A stretch of DNA of 58,602 nt from Robiginitomaculum sp. Lineage in GTDB: Bacteria; Pseudomonadota; Alphaproteobacteria; Caulobacterales; Maricaulaceae. The notes below the pieces were generated by a model. The model was not told the DNA's origin. It ran no database searches and saw only the letters and a program-made list of their open reading frames with translations. Positions 43,701 to 53,947 of this stretch are shown here, piece after piece. Positions within the stretch are counted from its first letter, which is position 1; every line of letters starts with the position of its first letter. The DNA lies in the NCBI GenBank assembly GCA_021776675.1, contig JAJFFM010000149.1:1-58602 (forward strand), written 5' to 3'. Position numbers and translations under genes: made by a program.

Positions 43701-44603
43701 CTACTTATCATCAAATTCTGCTGAAAAACCTACAATCGCATCTGCGATTTCCTTTGGGTGGGACAATGGTATCATGTGGCCGATCCCGTCCAGTGTAATT
43801 AATTTTGCGCCTTCAATTTCCTCACTTATTTTCACGCCAACTTTGTAGGGCACCATTTTATCTTTTGTGCCGTGGATGACCAAGGTCGGGGTCTGAATAT
43901 CGCTAGCGGAAATATCGCTGGGGGTGAGCGCAGTCATTTCACCGCGAAATGTATCGAGGGAACCCGGCATCAAAAGCAGGCTTCTTTGGTTGCCAACCCA
44001 ACGGGGTGGCAAAGTTTCTGCGAACCGCGCCGAAATAACGGCTTTGGCCAAGGGATCACCAAGCACTGGTAAGCGCATAGCCCACTCTGCGGCTTTCATA
44101 TTATCCCGATTGCCCTCTATTTTCATAGAAGAACCAACAGCCGCCAATAGCACAATGAACGGTGTTTCAATTTTGCGCGCGCTGGCAGAAGATTGCACAA
44201 TCCCGCCGCCGAACGACCATCCGACCAGTGCAGGATTGTCTAAGCCCATAACGTCTATCAAAGCATCCAGCTCGTCAGCATTGGCTTGCATTGTAAACTT
44301 TGCATTTGCATCCCGCCTTGAAGAATGACCGTAACCAACGCGGTCATACCAAGTCACTTGATAGCCCCTGTCCACAAGTTCTTCGACCATTTCAGGCCAG
44401 TCACTAGCACTACCCGGTAAGCCGTGTACTAAAACAATTGGTTTGCCTTCACCTTTGGTGAAAGTGTTGATTTTGGTACCGTTCGGGAGGGTGACTATAT
44501 TTCCGGCTACAGGCGATTTTGGTACAGGCAATATTTTGCCCAAAATGGTGAGCACTGCGAATAATACCACAATGACGATAATAATTTTCAAAACCATTTT
44601 CAT
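43701..44603 (-). CDS. Alpha/beta-fold hydrolase, N-terminally anchored
   Basis: 300 aa. It has the HGLPGS oxyanion region, a nucleophile elbow GWSFGG, and a late ...GIGHM catalytic His. Confidence 0.8.
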   Translation of the reverse strand: MKMVLKIIIVIVVLFAVLTILGKILPVPKSPVAGNIVTLPNGTKINTFTKGEGKPIVLVHGLPGSASDWPEMVEELVDRGYQVTWYDRVGYGHSSRRDANAKFTMQANADELDALIDVMGLDNPALVGWSFGGGIVQSSASARKIETPFIVLLAAVGSSMKIEGNRDNMKAAEWAMRLPVLGDPLAKAVISARFAETLPPRWVGNQRSLLLMPGSLDTFRGEMTALTPSDISASDIQTPTLVIHGTKDKMVPYKVGVKISEEIEGAKLITLDGIGHMIPLSHPKEIADAIVGFSAEFDDK

Positions 44604-44625
44604 ACGTCTCCCCTAAACCATACCC

Positions 44626-44653
44626 ACAAAAAAACGGGCCATCAAAGCCCGTT
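44626..44653 (-). terminator. Rho-independent terminator of the petABC operon
   Basis: The minus strand reads AACGGGC-tttgatg-GCCCGTT followed by TTTTT, 47 nt downstream of the cytochrome c1 stop. Confidence 0.75.
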
Positions 44654-44699
44654 CATTGTGTCTTTAATTGTACGCTAAGGCAATGCCCTAATGTTCCGA

Positions 44700-45503
44700 T
44701 TAGTGTTCAACGTCTTTCCAGACTTCTTTATAGGTCATGAACAACAGAAGCGCGAAAATAAACAGGAACAAAAATGTAGCAAAACCAACCTTCTTGCGGA
44801 CTTCCATTTTCGGATCACCTGACCACGCCAAAAATTCGACAACGTCATGCGCCATTTGCTCTGTGGTTGCTTTGGTACCGTCTGCATATTCAACGAGGTC
44901 GTCGCTAAGCGGTGGTGCCATTTTAATTGCCCCCCCTGGGAATGCAGAATTGTGATACACACCGTCGTGGTTCTCGTCACTTTCATATCCGGTGAGCAGA
45001 GCATAGAGATAATCTGCACCGCCTGTCCGCGCTTGAATAATGATAGATAAATCGGGCGGTACTGCACCGCCATTAGACGCCGCCGCCGCTATAGCATTTG
45101 GAAAAACGTCAGGGAACTTATCTGCCGGAATAGCTGTGTCATCAATTACGTCACCGCTTTCTTGGTCGATACGCTCAACCGTCCAGTCCTTGGCAAATGC
45201 TTTGACAACAGGATTGTCGTTGGGGTTCGGGTACTCTGCATCATAAAACGGACCACCTTTGTCACCGAGATGACGGAAAGACAAATGCTCCAGAGCATGA
45301 CAGGACGAACACACTTCTTTGTAAACCTGATAACCGCGCGCCATGGCGTCACGGTCATAGGTTCCAAACGGACCTTTAAAGCCCCAATCCTGAACTTCGA
45401 TATGTTCTCCGCCGCCTGCAGCTTGGGCAACCATTGAGCCTGCGAAAAGCGATGTAGAAATGACCGCAATAGCGGCAAATGTTTTACTGATAGATTTTAA
45501 CAT
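44700..45503 (-). CDS. petC: Cytochrome c1 (ubiquinol-cytochrome c reductase)
   Basis: 267 aa with a signal peptide, the CSSCH haem-binding motif, and a C-terminal TM anchor (FATFLFLFIFALLLFMTY). Confidence 0.92.
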   Translation of the reverse strand: MLKSISKTFAAIAVISTSLFAGSMVAQAAGGGEHIEVQDWGFKGPFGTYDRDAMARGYQVYKEVCSSCHALEHLSFRHLGDKGGPFYDAEYPNPNDNPVVKAFAKDWTVERIDQESGDVIDDTAIPADKFPDVFPNAIAAAASNGGAVPPDLSIIIQARTGGADYLYALLTGYESDENHDGVYHNSAFPGGAIKMAPPLSDDLVEYADGTKATTEQMAHDVVEFLAWSGDPKMEVRKKVGFATFLFLFIFALLLFMTYKEVWKDVEH

Positions 45504-46756
45504 TATGCATCTCCCGATAATACGGCTTTGGTAATCGATTCCGGTAGCGGTTTGGTTTTCTCAATCCAGCCCATGATGGGTAGGATCGGGAAGAAATAAG
45601 CAAAGTAATACAGCGTCGCAATCCGTGACAACCACTTAAAGCTCATACCGTGTTCACCGATAGGAATAGCAATATCGTCCGGTGAATTAGCGCCGCACCA
45701 ACCAAGGATAAAGCCCATAACCAAGAAGATAATAAAGAACCAACGCGTGATAGGTCTAAAGCGCATAGAGCGGACTTTGGCAGTATCCAACCAAGGCAGG
45801 ACAAATAAAACCCCAATGGCACCAAACATCAACATAATACCCATCAACTTATCAGGTACAGCCCGCAAAATCGCATAGAAGGGCAAGAAATACCATTCAG
45901 GCACAATGTGCGGCGGCGTCACCAAAGGATTGGCACGTTGATAGTTATCAGCGTGACCAAGTGCGTCCGGTAGATAAAATACGAACAGCGCGAAAATTAG
46001 CAAAAACACAGCAATCGCGAACGCATCTTTCATAGTGTAGAAAGGATGGAACGGCAGTGTATCAGACTTAGATTTAGGCTCGATACCTATGGGATTATTT
46101 TGCCCAACATGATGCACAGCCCAGACATGCAGCCCGACAAGCGCACAGATGATAAATGGCAGCAAATAATGCAATGAGAAGAAACGTTGCAAGGTCGGGT
46201 TACCAATGGAATATCCACCAAGCAACCACTGTTGTAAGCTTTCACCAACAACTGGGATAGCACCAAAGAAGCCTGTAATCACAGTCGCACCCCAGAAGGA
46301 CATCTGTCCCCACGGGAGTGTATAGCCAAGGAAACCCGTGGCCATCATAGCAAGATAAATCAGGCAGCCAATAATCCAGAGAAGTTCGCGCGGGTTCTTG
46401 TAAGATCCGTAAAACATACCCCTAAACATATGGATATAAACGGCCAAGAAGAACATGGATGCACCAACTGCATGCATGGGCTGTAACAGCCAACCGAAAG
46501 GCACATCGCGTTTAATGCGTTGTATACTATCGAACGCCAGATCAACATCCGGTGTATAATGCATGGCCAAAATAATACCGGTAATGATTTGCGCCATGAG
46601 GCACAATGTCAAAATCCCGCCAAATGCATACCAGTAATTTAGGTTACGCGGGCTTGGGAATCCCATGAAATCAACGCCGAACCGAACGATCGGAAGACGT
46701 TTATCGAGCCAGCGCTCAGCCGCATATTTCGGCTCATATGTTGAATGTCCACTCAT
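45503..46756 (-). CDS. petB: Cytochrome b
   Basis: 417 aa. It shows [10 protein letters not shown], conserved haem-ligand His pairs, [13 protein letters not shown], and 8 or more TM helices. Confidence 0.95.
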   Translation of the reverse strand: MSGHSTYEPKYAAERWLDKRLPIVRFGVDFMGFPSPRNLNYWYAFGGILTLCLMAQIITGIILAMHYTPDVDLAFDSIQRIKRDVPFGWLLQPMHAVGASMFFLAVYIHMFRGMFYGSYKNPRELLWIIGCLIYLAMMATGFLGYTLPWGQMSFWGATVITGFFGAIPVVGESLQQWLLGGYSIGNPTLQRFFSLHYLLPFIICALVGLHVWAVHHVGQNNPIGIEPKSKSDTLPFHPFYTMKDAFAIAVFLLIFALFVFYLPDALGHADNYQRANPLVTPPHIVPEWYFLPFYAILRAVPDKLMGIMLMFGAIGVLFVLPWLDTAKVRSMRFRPITRWFFIIFLVMGFILGWCGANSPDDIAIPIGEHGMSFKWLSRIATLYYFAYFFPILPIMGWIEKTKPLPESITKAVLSGDA

Positions 46757-46760
46757 ATTC

Positions 46761-47342
46761 TTATCCTACCTTGATAACAGTGTCGGAGATGTATGTATAT
46801 TCCGGGATTGGCAAATTTGTTGGTGCCGGACCTTGGCGAATACGCCCAGACGTATCGTAATGGGAACCGTGACACGGACAGTACCAGCCACCAAATGCGC
46901 CCATTGGATCGATTTTACCCTGCTCACCTACCGGAATGCAGCCAAAGTGGGTACAAACCCCAACCATGACCAAAAGACGTTTATCGATAACACCGGAAAG
47001 ATTTGGAACGAACCGATCATCATCTGATTGCGGGTCACGCAAATTAGCCACGTCGACAGCATCAGCCGCGTCTATTTCTTCTTGTGTCCGGTAACGGACA
47101 AATACTGGCTTGCCGCGCCATAGGACTTTAATCTGTTGCCCTTCGGAAACTTTGGCAAGGTCAATTTCAATTGAACCGGCGGCGCGCGTATCAGCGGCGG
47201 CACTCATTTGCGTCACGAGCGGCCAAGCAAATGCACCCGCACCAACTGCAGCAGTTGCAGCCGTAGCTATATAAATAAAGTCACGGCGTGAAGGTTCCCC
47301 GTTCTCGCTACCGTGCTCGTCAAACTTATCTGTGTCAGACAT
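46761..47342 (-). CDS. petA: Ubiquinol-cytochrome c reductase Rieske iron-sulfur subunit
   Basis: 193 aa with a Tat-like N-terminus ([12 protein letters not shown]) and the CTHFGC...CPCHGSHYD 2Fe-2S boxes. Confidence 0.95.
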   Translation of the reverse strand: MSDTDKFDEHGSENGEPSRRDFIYIATAATAAVGAGAFAWPLVTQMSAAADTRAAGSIEIDLAKVSEGQQIKVLWRGKPVFVRYRTQEEIDAADAVDVANLRDPQSDDDRFVPNLSGVIDKRLLVMVGVCTHFGCIPVGEQGKIDPMGAFGGWYCPCHGSHYDTSGRIRQGPAPTNLPIPEYTYISDTVIKVG

Positions 47343-47519
47343 GTTTATCCTTTTCTATGTTTGGAATTTTATAAAAGATATGACCAAGCATACCTATATA
47401 TAATTTCCCCTCTAACGAATCTGCGACATTACGCCGCAAATTTGCCTTTACTTAGTCGGTTGTTTAAGGGAAGGACGAGCGAATACCAAGCAAATATCGA
47501 CGAGGAACCGAAAAATTTC

Positions 47520-47975
47520 ATGAAAATTGTCCTATACCAACCTGATATTGCCCAAAACCTTGGCGCAGCAATGCGTTTATGCGCATGTTTTGACGTTTCT
47601 CTCGGTGTCATAGAGCCGTGTGGCTTCCCGCTAACAGCCAAAGCTCTGAGACGAACCGCCATGGATTACGCCGCCAACATCGAACTGATTCGTTATAAAA
47701 ATTGGTTACATTTCACGAAATCGCAAACAGAGGACGGCGGACGCATTATCCTGCTCAGCACCAAGGCCAGCACCGCTATCACCGAATTTGAATTTCGCGA
47801 AAACGACACCCTGCTGTTTGGCCGCGAAAGCGCAGGCGTGCCGGGTGAAGTCCACGCCGCCAGCGACGCCCGTATCCATATCCCAATTAGCAAAGACACA
47901 CGCTCACTGAATTTGGTCAGCAGTGCGAGCATTGCTTTGTTCGAGGCACTGCGCCAAACAAATACATATCCGTAA
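47520..47975 (+). CDS. trmL: tRNA (cytidine(34)/uridine-2'-O)-methyltransferase TrmL (SpoU/TrmH family)
   Basis: The internal ATG at 47520 gives MKIVLYQPDIAQNLGAAMRLCACF...LLFGRESAGVP......IHIPI....RSLNLVSSASIALFEALRQ, 151 aa, which is the typical TrmL length. The upstream ORF extension is AT-rich junk. Confidence 0.85.
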   Translation: MKIVLYQPDIAQNLGAAMRLCACFDVSLGVIEPCGFPLTAKALRRTAMDYAANIELIRYKNWLHFTKSQTEDGGRIILLSTKASTAITEFEFRENDTLLFGRESAGVPGEVHAASDARIHIPISKDTRSLNLVSSASIALFEALRQTNTYP

Positions 47976-48047
47976 TACTATATTGCGATGGGGCCGTATT
48001 GCAGGTAGTGTAGCGACCACAAAACTAAGAACAAAGGTGAGAATATC

Positions 48048-49112
48048 ATGAAAAAATGGGGAATTCGTATAGGTACCGTTTTACTTGTCTTGGTAATTTT
48101 GGGTTTCGTTTTTAAGGGTAAGATTGTTTACGCCCTTATCAAATCCAACATCGCGCCGACGCAAAGCTTTGCCAGTATTTCGCCGCCACCTACCCCTGAT
48201 TATACTGCTGATATTTCGTGGGCTGCTCTGCCTCAAAACCAAGAAGGTTCCGATTTTACTCCTAAAGAACTTACCGCCAATGACACACAACATGATGCGG
48301 CAGTTTTCTTTATTCACCCAACTACATATTATTCTAAATCGGGATGGAATGCGCCGCTCGGTAGCAATGAAGCCAATACACGCATTGATGATTTGGTCAT
48401 GCCTGCCCAAGCTAGTGCGTTTAATTTATGTTGTGATATTTACGCGCCTTATTACCGCCAAGCAACGCTGTGGTCTTATTGGGTACGCAAAGACGGTGGT
48501 CAAGATGCATTGGATTTAGCCTATGGGGATGTTGAGCGTGCATTTGATGAATTTTTGAAGCGCATTGGCTCGCAACCCTTTATTTTGGCAGGCCATAGCC
48601 AAGGCGCACATCATCTTGAAACGCTGCTAATAAACCGCATAAGCGGTACAGATCTACAAGGACGCATGATTGCCGCCTACCCCGTTGGCGGTTCAATAAA
48701 CCCAGTGAGCTTTGCAAATCGTGCGCCAGATATACCTGTGTGTGAAGTGGCTACGCAAATAGGTTGTTTTGCTACGTGGAATAGCCGCGGGGCTAAGTCT
48801 GAGATTTGGGACGACATGCCCGGTGCAGTGTGCGTAAATCCGCTCAGCTGGGCGGCAGACGATACGCCTGTGAAAGCTGAGCAAAACCCTGGTTCATTGG
48901 CCATTGGTGAACAAACTCGTTTGGACACAGGTGTTACCAGTGCACAATGTCTGGATGACAGGCTACTTGTTGGTGAATTTCAAACCGATATCTATGAAGG
49001 TTTAAAACTAAGCTGGGGAAAAGATAATTATCATGTTCTGGACTATGGTTTATTCTATGCCAGCATTCGCCAAAACGCGGCGGACCGCGTTCAAGCTTAT
49101 ACTGCAGAATAA
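48048..49112 (+). CDS. DUF3089-like alpha/beta hydrolase-fold protein, membrane-anchored
   Basis: 354 aa with an N-terminal TM segment, FFIHPTTY, and a GHSQGA nucleophile elbow. Confidence 0.65.
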   Translation: MKKWGIRIGTVLLVLVILGFVFKGKIVYALIKSNIAPTQSFASISPPPTPDYTADISWAALPQNQEGSDFTPKELTANDTQHDAAVFFIHPTTYYSKSGWNAPLGSNEANTRIDDLVMPAQASAFNLCCDIYAPYYRQATLWSYWVRKDGGQDALDLAYGDVERAFDEFLKRIGSQPFILAGHSQGAHHLETLLINRISGTDLQGRMIAAYPVGGSINPVSFANRAPDIPVCEVATQIGCFATWNSRGAKSEIWDDMPGAVCVNPLSWAADDTPVKAEQNPGSLAIGEQTRLDTGVTSAQCLDDRLLVGEFQTDIYEGLKLSWGKDNYHVLDYGLFYASIRQNAADRVQAYTAE

Positions 49113-49184
49113 ACCATATCCTAATTTTCCAGATGCCAGAGTTTAGATACTAGAGTTTAGATACTAGCCTTTAGACGCCACCCT

Positions 49185-51014
49185 TTATTTAGACGCGACC
49201 CAGGCATCAACCCGCTCTTCCATAATCGACAAAGGCACAGGGCCTGAACTGATGATGACATCATGGTATTCGCGAATATCAAATTTATCACCCAGTGTAG
49301 CTTTAGCCGCTTCACGTAAAGACAGAATTTTCAACATACCAATTTTGTATGCGGTTGCCTGTCCTGGCATGATGATGTAACGCTCAATAGCTTTGATACA
49401 GTCATTTTCTGCATTGGGTGTATTTGTGGTGAGATAATCAATAGCCTCTTGGCGAGTCCATTTTTTATCGTGCAAGCCCGTATCTACAACCAAACGTGCG
49501 GCACGCCACAGTTCCATAGCGAGACGGCCGAAATCAGAATAAGGATCCTCATAGAACCCCATTTCTTTGGGCAGGAATTCTGAATACAGTCCCCAACCTT
49601 CGGAATACGCCGTGAAGCGGCCAAATTTACGAAACTTTGGAACATCCTCTAATTCCATCTGAATGGCGATTTGCATATGGTGACCGGGAATGCCTTCATG
49701 GTATGCCAGAGCTTCCATCTGGTATTTCGGCATGTCGGTTATCTGGTAGAGATTAGCATAATAAGTGCCGGGTGTTGTACCATCTGCGGAAGGTTGATTA
49801 TAGAATGCCTTTCCGGCAGATTTCTCGCGAAACGCTTCAACTTTTTTGACGATTAAATCAGCTTTAGGCTTGACGATAAACACATCATCAAGACGCGTTT
49901 TCATAACGCCGATTATGCTGTCCGCTTCCTTAAGATAAGCTTCCCTTCCCGCATCACTATCTTCGTAATATTGCGCCGGGTCATTTTTAACCTTGTCAAA
50001 AAACTCTTGCAAACTACCTTCAAAGCCGACCTGTTTCATGATGGCGCGCATTTCGCCGTGTATACGGGCGACTTCGGAGAGACCAAGATCATGAACTTCC
50101 GTGGCCGACATATCCGTCGTGGTCATGCGCTTAAGACGGTCAGCATAATACTCTGCACCGTCCGGCAATTTCCATGCGCCGTCATCCGTATTGGCATTCG
50201 CCTGCATGATTTCCATCTCGGCAATCATATTTTCATAGGCGGGCTTGAATGATGTTTGAAACGCGGTAATTGCATCCGCAGTTAATTTTTCACGTTGCTC
50301 GTCTGTGATGTCCAACTTGCCAATCTTCTTGGTGAAGTCTGCCATCAAAGCTGACGGCTCGCCTTCAGTAAACGGTGCGCCAACAATGATATTTTTAGCA
50401 TCGCGAATTACATGAGCATAAACATAAAGCGGCGGCTGGATACCGTTCGCTGTACTGTTTTTTTCGTTTTCTACATGAACGGCTAGATACTCTTTTACCC
50501 CGTGCAAGCGAGTAATATAAGCCTCGGCGTCACTGATAGTATCTACACGGTGACGATTGATGAGGAACGACGGAATATTGGACTGTACACCGAACATCTG
50601 GTTGAATGTATAGCCGTAATCCCACCACCGGGCACCGTCGATTTGTTGTTGGCTTTGGATTTCAAACAGGCGGTATGACAGCTGATGGTCTGCATCAAGA
50701 TCATCCATATTATATGCGGCACGCATATGCGCCAAATCGGTACGCGCCTTCTCAACACCTTCAAGGTAAAATGCTTTGCTCGGGTCATTCCACTTGTCAT
50801 AGTCCGTCTTCATGCCCAGCGTGGTCATGAATTGTGGGCTCTTGTGTACGGCATCCATAAATACAGATTCGAACCAAGCATCCAGTTTCTGGTTCTGGTC
50901 TTGAACGTCTGCACTGACGGCAGGTGTCATAGTTTCACCATTGGTTTTATTCTCGCTCTGGGAGCATGCGCCGAGCGCTAACACGCAGGCTGTAAGTATC
51001 AAATATTTCTTCAT
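49185..51014 (-). CDS. DUF885 family lipoprotein (paralogue 2 of 3)
   Basis: 609 aa with the lipobox LALGAC. It carries EALAYHEGIPGHHMQ, YSEGWGLYSE and RLVVDTGLH. Confidence 0.85.
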   Translation of the reverse strand: MKKYLILTACVLALGACSQSENKTNGETMTPAVSADVQDQNQKLDAWFESVFMDAVHKSPQFMTTLGMKTDYDKWNDPSKAFYLEGVEKARTDLAHMRAAYNMDDLDADHQLSYRLFEIQSQQQIDGARWWDYGYTFNQMFGVQSNIPSFLINRHRVDTISDAEAYITRLHGVKEYLAVHVENEKNSTANGIQPPLYVYAHVIRDAKNIIVGAPFTEGEPSALMADFTKKIGKLDITDEQREKLTADAITAFQTSFKPAYENMIAEMEIMQANANTDDGAWKLPDGAEYYADRLKRMTTTDMSATEVHDLGLSEVARIHGEMRAIMKQVGFEGSLQEFFDKVKNDPAQYYEDSDAGREAYLKEADSIIGVMKTRLDDVFIVKPKADLIVKKVEAFREKSAGKAFYNQPSADGTTPGTYYANLYQITDMPKYQMEALAYHEGIPGHHMQIAIQMELEDVPKFRKFGRFTAYSEGWGLYSEFLPKEMGFYEDPYSDFGRLAMELWRAARLVVDTGLHDKKWTRQEAIDYLTTNTPNAENDCIKAIERYIIMPGQATAYKIGMLKILSLREAAKATLGDKFDIREYHDVIISSGPVPLSIMEERVDAWVASK

Positions 51015-51047
51015 GGGACTTCCTTTCTTATTGTTGTGATTTCTAGC

Positions 51048-52892
51048 TCATTGTTGTGTTTTTTTGTTGTCTATCCATTCATTGACCAGCTCTTCCAGCA
51101 TTGTCAACGGCACTGAACCATTGGCCAACACGACATCATGAAACTCACGAATGTCGAAATTATCGCCAAGTTCTTCTTGCGCACGTTTCTTAAGTTCACT
51201 GATTTTCAGCATACCAATTTTATAGGCTGTTGCTTGCCCCGGCCAGACAATATAGCGGTCAATTTCTGCGCGGATATCACCTTCGGGGTTCGCTATATTT
51301 TTTAACATATATTGCACGGCCTGTTCACGCGTCCATTTTTTCGAATGGATACCCGTATCTACAACCAAACGTGCGGCTCGGAATATCTCCATAGAGAGGC
51401 GCCCAAAATCATTATAAGGATCTGTGTACATGCCAAGCTCGACCGGCACACTTTCCGCATATAGCCCCCAACCCTCAATATAGGCAGTGTGGCCGCCTTG
51501 TTTACGAAACTCTGGTATGCCCTTAAGTTCCATTGCAATGGCAATTTGCATATGATGACCGGGAATACCCTCATGGTAGGCCAGAGCCTGCATTAGATAT
51601 GTTGGCTGATCACGCACATCTTCTAGATTAACAAAATAAGCCCCTGGCCTAGTACCATCCAATGATGGCTGCTCATAAAATGCGAAAGCTGCCGAGGCCT
51701 CACGGAACGGTTCAACCCGTTTAACAATCATATCCGCTTTGGGCTTGGTGATAAACAAATCATCCAATTTAAGTCTCATTTCGTCAATCACGACAGTAGC
51801 CTCTGACATATATTGCGCGCGGCCTGCATCGTCATTGGACAATGTAAATTGCGGATCCGTACGTAAGAATTTGTAGAAATCCTGCAAACTGCCTTCAAAC
51901 TCCACTTGCGCCATAATTTTTCGCATCTCGTCTTGGATACGGGCAACCTCTGCTAGACCAATATTATGAATTTCATCTGCAGTTAGCTTTGTGGTCGTAG
52001 CGTAATTGAGTTGAGACTGATAATACGCTGCACCGTCTGGAAGTCGCCAAACGCCATCATCATTCTTAGCAATAGCTTGATGTGCTTCAAACATAGCGAT
52101 TAGGTTTTCATAGGCAGGTGCAACAGATGTGAGTAAAGCCTGTTTTGCTTGCTCTAATAATACATCTTTGTCCGCCTGGTTTACTTTTTTTAAGTTGGCA
52201 ATTTTAGCTTTGATATCAGCGTAAAGCGGGCTGTCAATTTCGTCCGTAAATGGTGCACCCGTAATCACATTACGAGACGTCTTGACCAGTTTTGCATAGG
52301 CAAATTTTGGCAGTAAAACACCGGAATTTGCCTGCGCTTCTGCTCGTGATTGGTACTGTCCGAAATACTTCGTGGTAGCGTTTAAACGTGCAATATATGC
52401 GCGGGCATCTTGCGCACTTTTTACAGTATGAAAATTGACCATAAAAGTTGGAAACTCACCGTGCGGCCCGAACATATGGTCAAACACATATCTATGTCCG
52501 GCAAATTTATGCCTCGCTTCAGAAACATTCCCATTATATTCATACAAACGGTAAGAAATTTTACCCTGCCTATCAAGATTGGCAAGGCTGAACTGAGTAC
52601 GCATATCGGCAACAGATTTTTGTTCAAGCGCATATTCCTCATCAAGAGCGGCTTGCGATACATCATCAAGTTTAGCCGAGCTATCTTGTAAACCAAAATA
52701 TGTCTGTGTCATTGGTGACTTGGCCAAACCTTCTTGGTAACGGGCCTCGAACCATTCATTTATTTGTTCGGTTTGCGATTCTACTTTATCGACCTTAGGC
52801 ACATCTGAACCAGAACACCCGACCAAGCCAATGGTCAATAATGCTCCAGCAAAAACACCAACTGCTTTATGGCTAAGCAAGTGTTTGAACAT
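51048..52892 (-). CDS. DUF885 family lipoprotein (paralogue 3 of 3)
   Basis: 614 aa with the lipobox GLVGCS. It carries QALAYHEGIPGHHMQ, YIEGWGLYAE and RLVVDTGIH. It sits in tandem with paralogue 2, 33 bp apart. Confidence 0.85.
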   Translation of the reverse strand: MFKHLLSHKAVGVFAGALLTIGLVGCSGSDVPKVDKVESQTEQINEWFEARYQEGLAKSPMTQTYFGLQDSSAKLDDVSQAALDEEYALEQKSVADMRTQFSLANLDRQGKISYRLYEYNGNVSEARHKFAGHRYVFDHMFGPHGEFPTFMVNFHTVKSAQDARAYIARLNATTKYFGQYQSRAEAQANSGVLLPKFAYAKLVKTSRNVITGAPFTDEIDSPLYADIKAKIANLKKVNQADKDVLLEQAKQALLTSVAPAYENLIAMFEAHQAIAKNDDGVWRLPDGAAYYQSQLNYATTTKLTADEIHNIGLAEVARIQDEMRKIMAQVEFEGSLQDFYKFLRTDPQFTLSNDDAGRAQYMSEATVVIDEMRLKLDDLFITKPKADMIVKRVEPFREASAAFAFYEQPSLDGTRPGAYFVNLEDVRDQPTYLMQALAYHEGIPGHHMQIAIAMELKGIPEFRKQGGHTAYIEGWGLYAESVPVELGMYTDPYNDFGRLSMEIFRAARLVVDTGIHSKKWTREQAVQYMLKNIANPEGDIRAEIDRYIVWPGQATAYKIGMLKISELKKRAQEELGDNFDIREFHDVVLANGSVPLTMLEELVNEWIDNKKTQQ

Positions 52893-53065
52893 TTTATCCC
52901 CTAATCAATATACCGTTTCAGGGGTTATACAGACTTATCGATAAAAGGAAAGCATATCTATGAGCGCGACCCGTCTAGGGGATAATTTTCAATATCATTA
53001 GAACCATTAATGCAAAATCAGGAGCCTTCCAGCCAAAATCACAGATAGGCGGGACAGCGGCCATA

Positions 53066-53743
53066 CTAATTTATAGCCGCATTTGCCGCGTCTCTTATGG
53101 CCTTGATATTTGCGGCATAGACACTTTCGCCTTGCGCGCCTTTGCCAAACACGGCTGAGCCTGCGACCAGCACATCTGCACCCGCTTCGGCCACGAGTGG
53201 TGCTGTACTTGGCTTGATACCGCCGTCGACTTCTATTAAAATATCGCGGCCACCCAACATAGTTTTGAGGTCACGGATTTTCTGAATTTGTGAATGCAAG
53301 AAACTCTGCCCGCCAAAGCCCGGATTAACCGACATAACGATCACAAGGTCGAGCCTATCCAAAACATTTTCAATAATATTTATGGGCGTAGACGGATTGA
53401 GCGCCACGCCTGCCTTTGGTCCCAGTTCACGGATGACCTGAAGCGTCCTATCAAGATGCGGATGAGCCTCTGGATGGACGGAGATATAATCCGCGCCTGC
53501 ACTTGCAAATGCACCGAGGAGCGCATCCGCAGGTTCGATCATCAAATGCACGTCCATGACGGTTTTGATGTGCGGGCGTATCCACTTACACACGTCCGGC
53601 CCAATGGTCAGGTTTGGCACATAATGATTGTCCATCACGTCCACATGCACCCAATCACATCCGGCCGCTTCAATAGCCCGGATTTCATTGCCGAGCTGAG
53701 CAAAGTCTGCGGATAATATTGACGGTGATATTTTGATGGACAC
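53066..53743 (-). CDS. rpe: Ribulose-phosphate 3-epimerase
   Basis: 225 aa with a GTG start preceded by AGGAG. ISPSILSADFA.LG, H.DVMD..FVPN, D.HLM and MSVNPGFGGQ.F are Rpe motifs. Confidence 0.95.
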   Translation of the reverse strand: MSIKISPSILSADFAQLGNEIRAIEAAGCDWVHVDVMDNHYVPNLTIGPDVCKWIRPHIKTVMDVHLMIEPADALLGAFASAGADYISVHPEAHPHLDRTLQVIRELGPKAGVALNPSTPINIIENVLDRLDLVIVMSVNPGFGGQSFLHSQIQKIRDLKTMLGGRDILIEVDGGIKPSTAPLVAEAGADVLVAGSAVFGKGAQGESVYAANIKAIRDAANAAIN

Positions 53744-53947
53744 ATTGAACTCCTAGCTTACGAAATGCCGAGCTTAGCGCGCCAGCCCGGATAGATTTTA
53801 TCCGCAGCAGATTGAAACGTCTCAAACGCTCTGGCAAGTTCTTTATGCTCTTTGGCGTACTTCACAATGCTCTCTGGCACAGTTTTTTGGGTTGTTTTTA
53901 CAAAAACCCCAAAGATTATACGCCAAAGTACTCTTTCCCGATGCCCT

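Noticed and set aside
47313-47519. Upstream 69-codon extension of trmL
   Set aside because: The extension runs through the AT-rich pet promoter region and has junk-like sequence. TrmL proteins are about 150 aa and start MKIVLY...-like.
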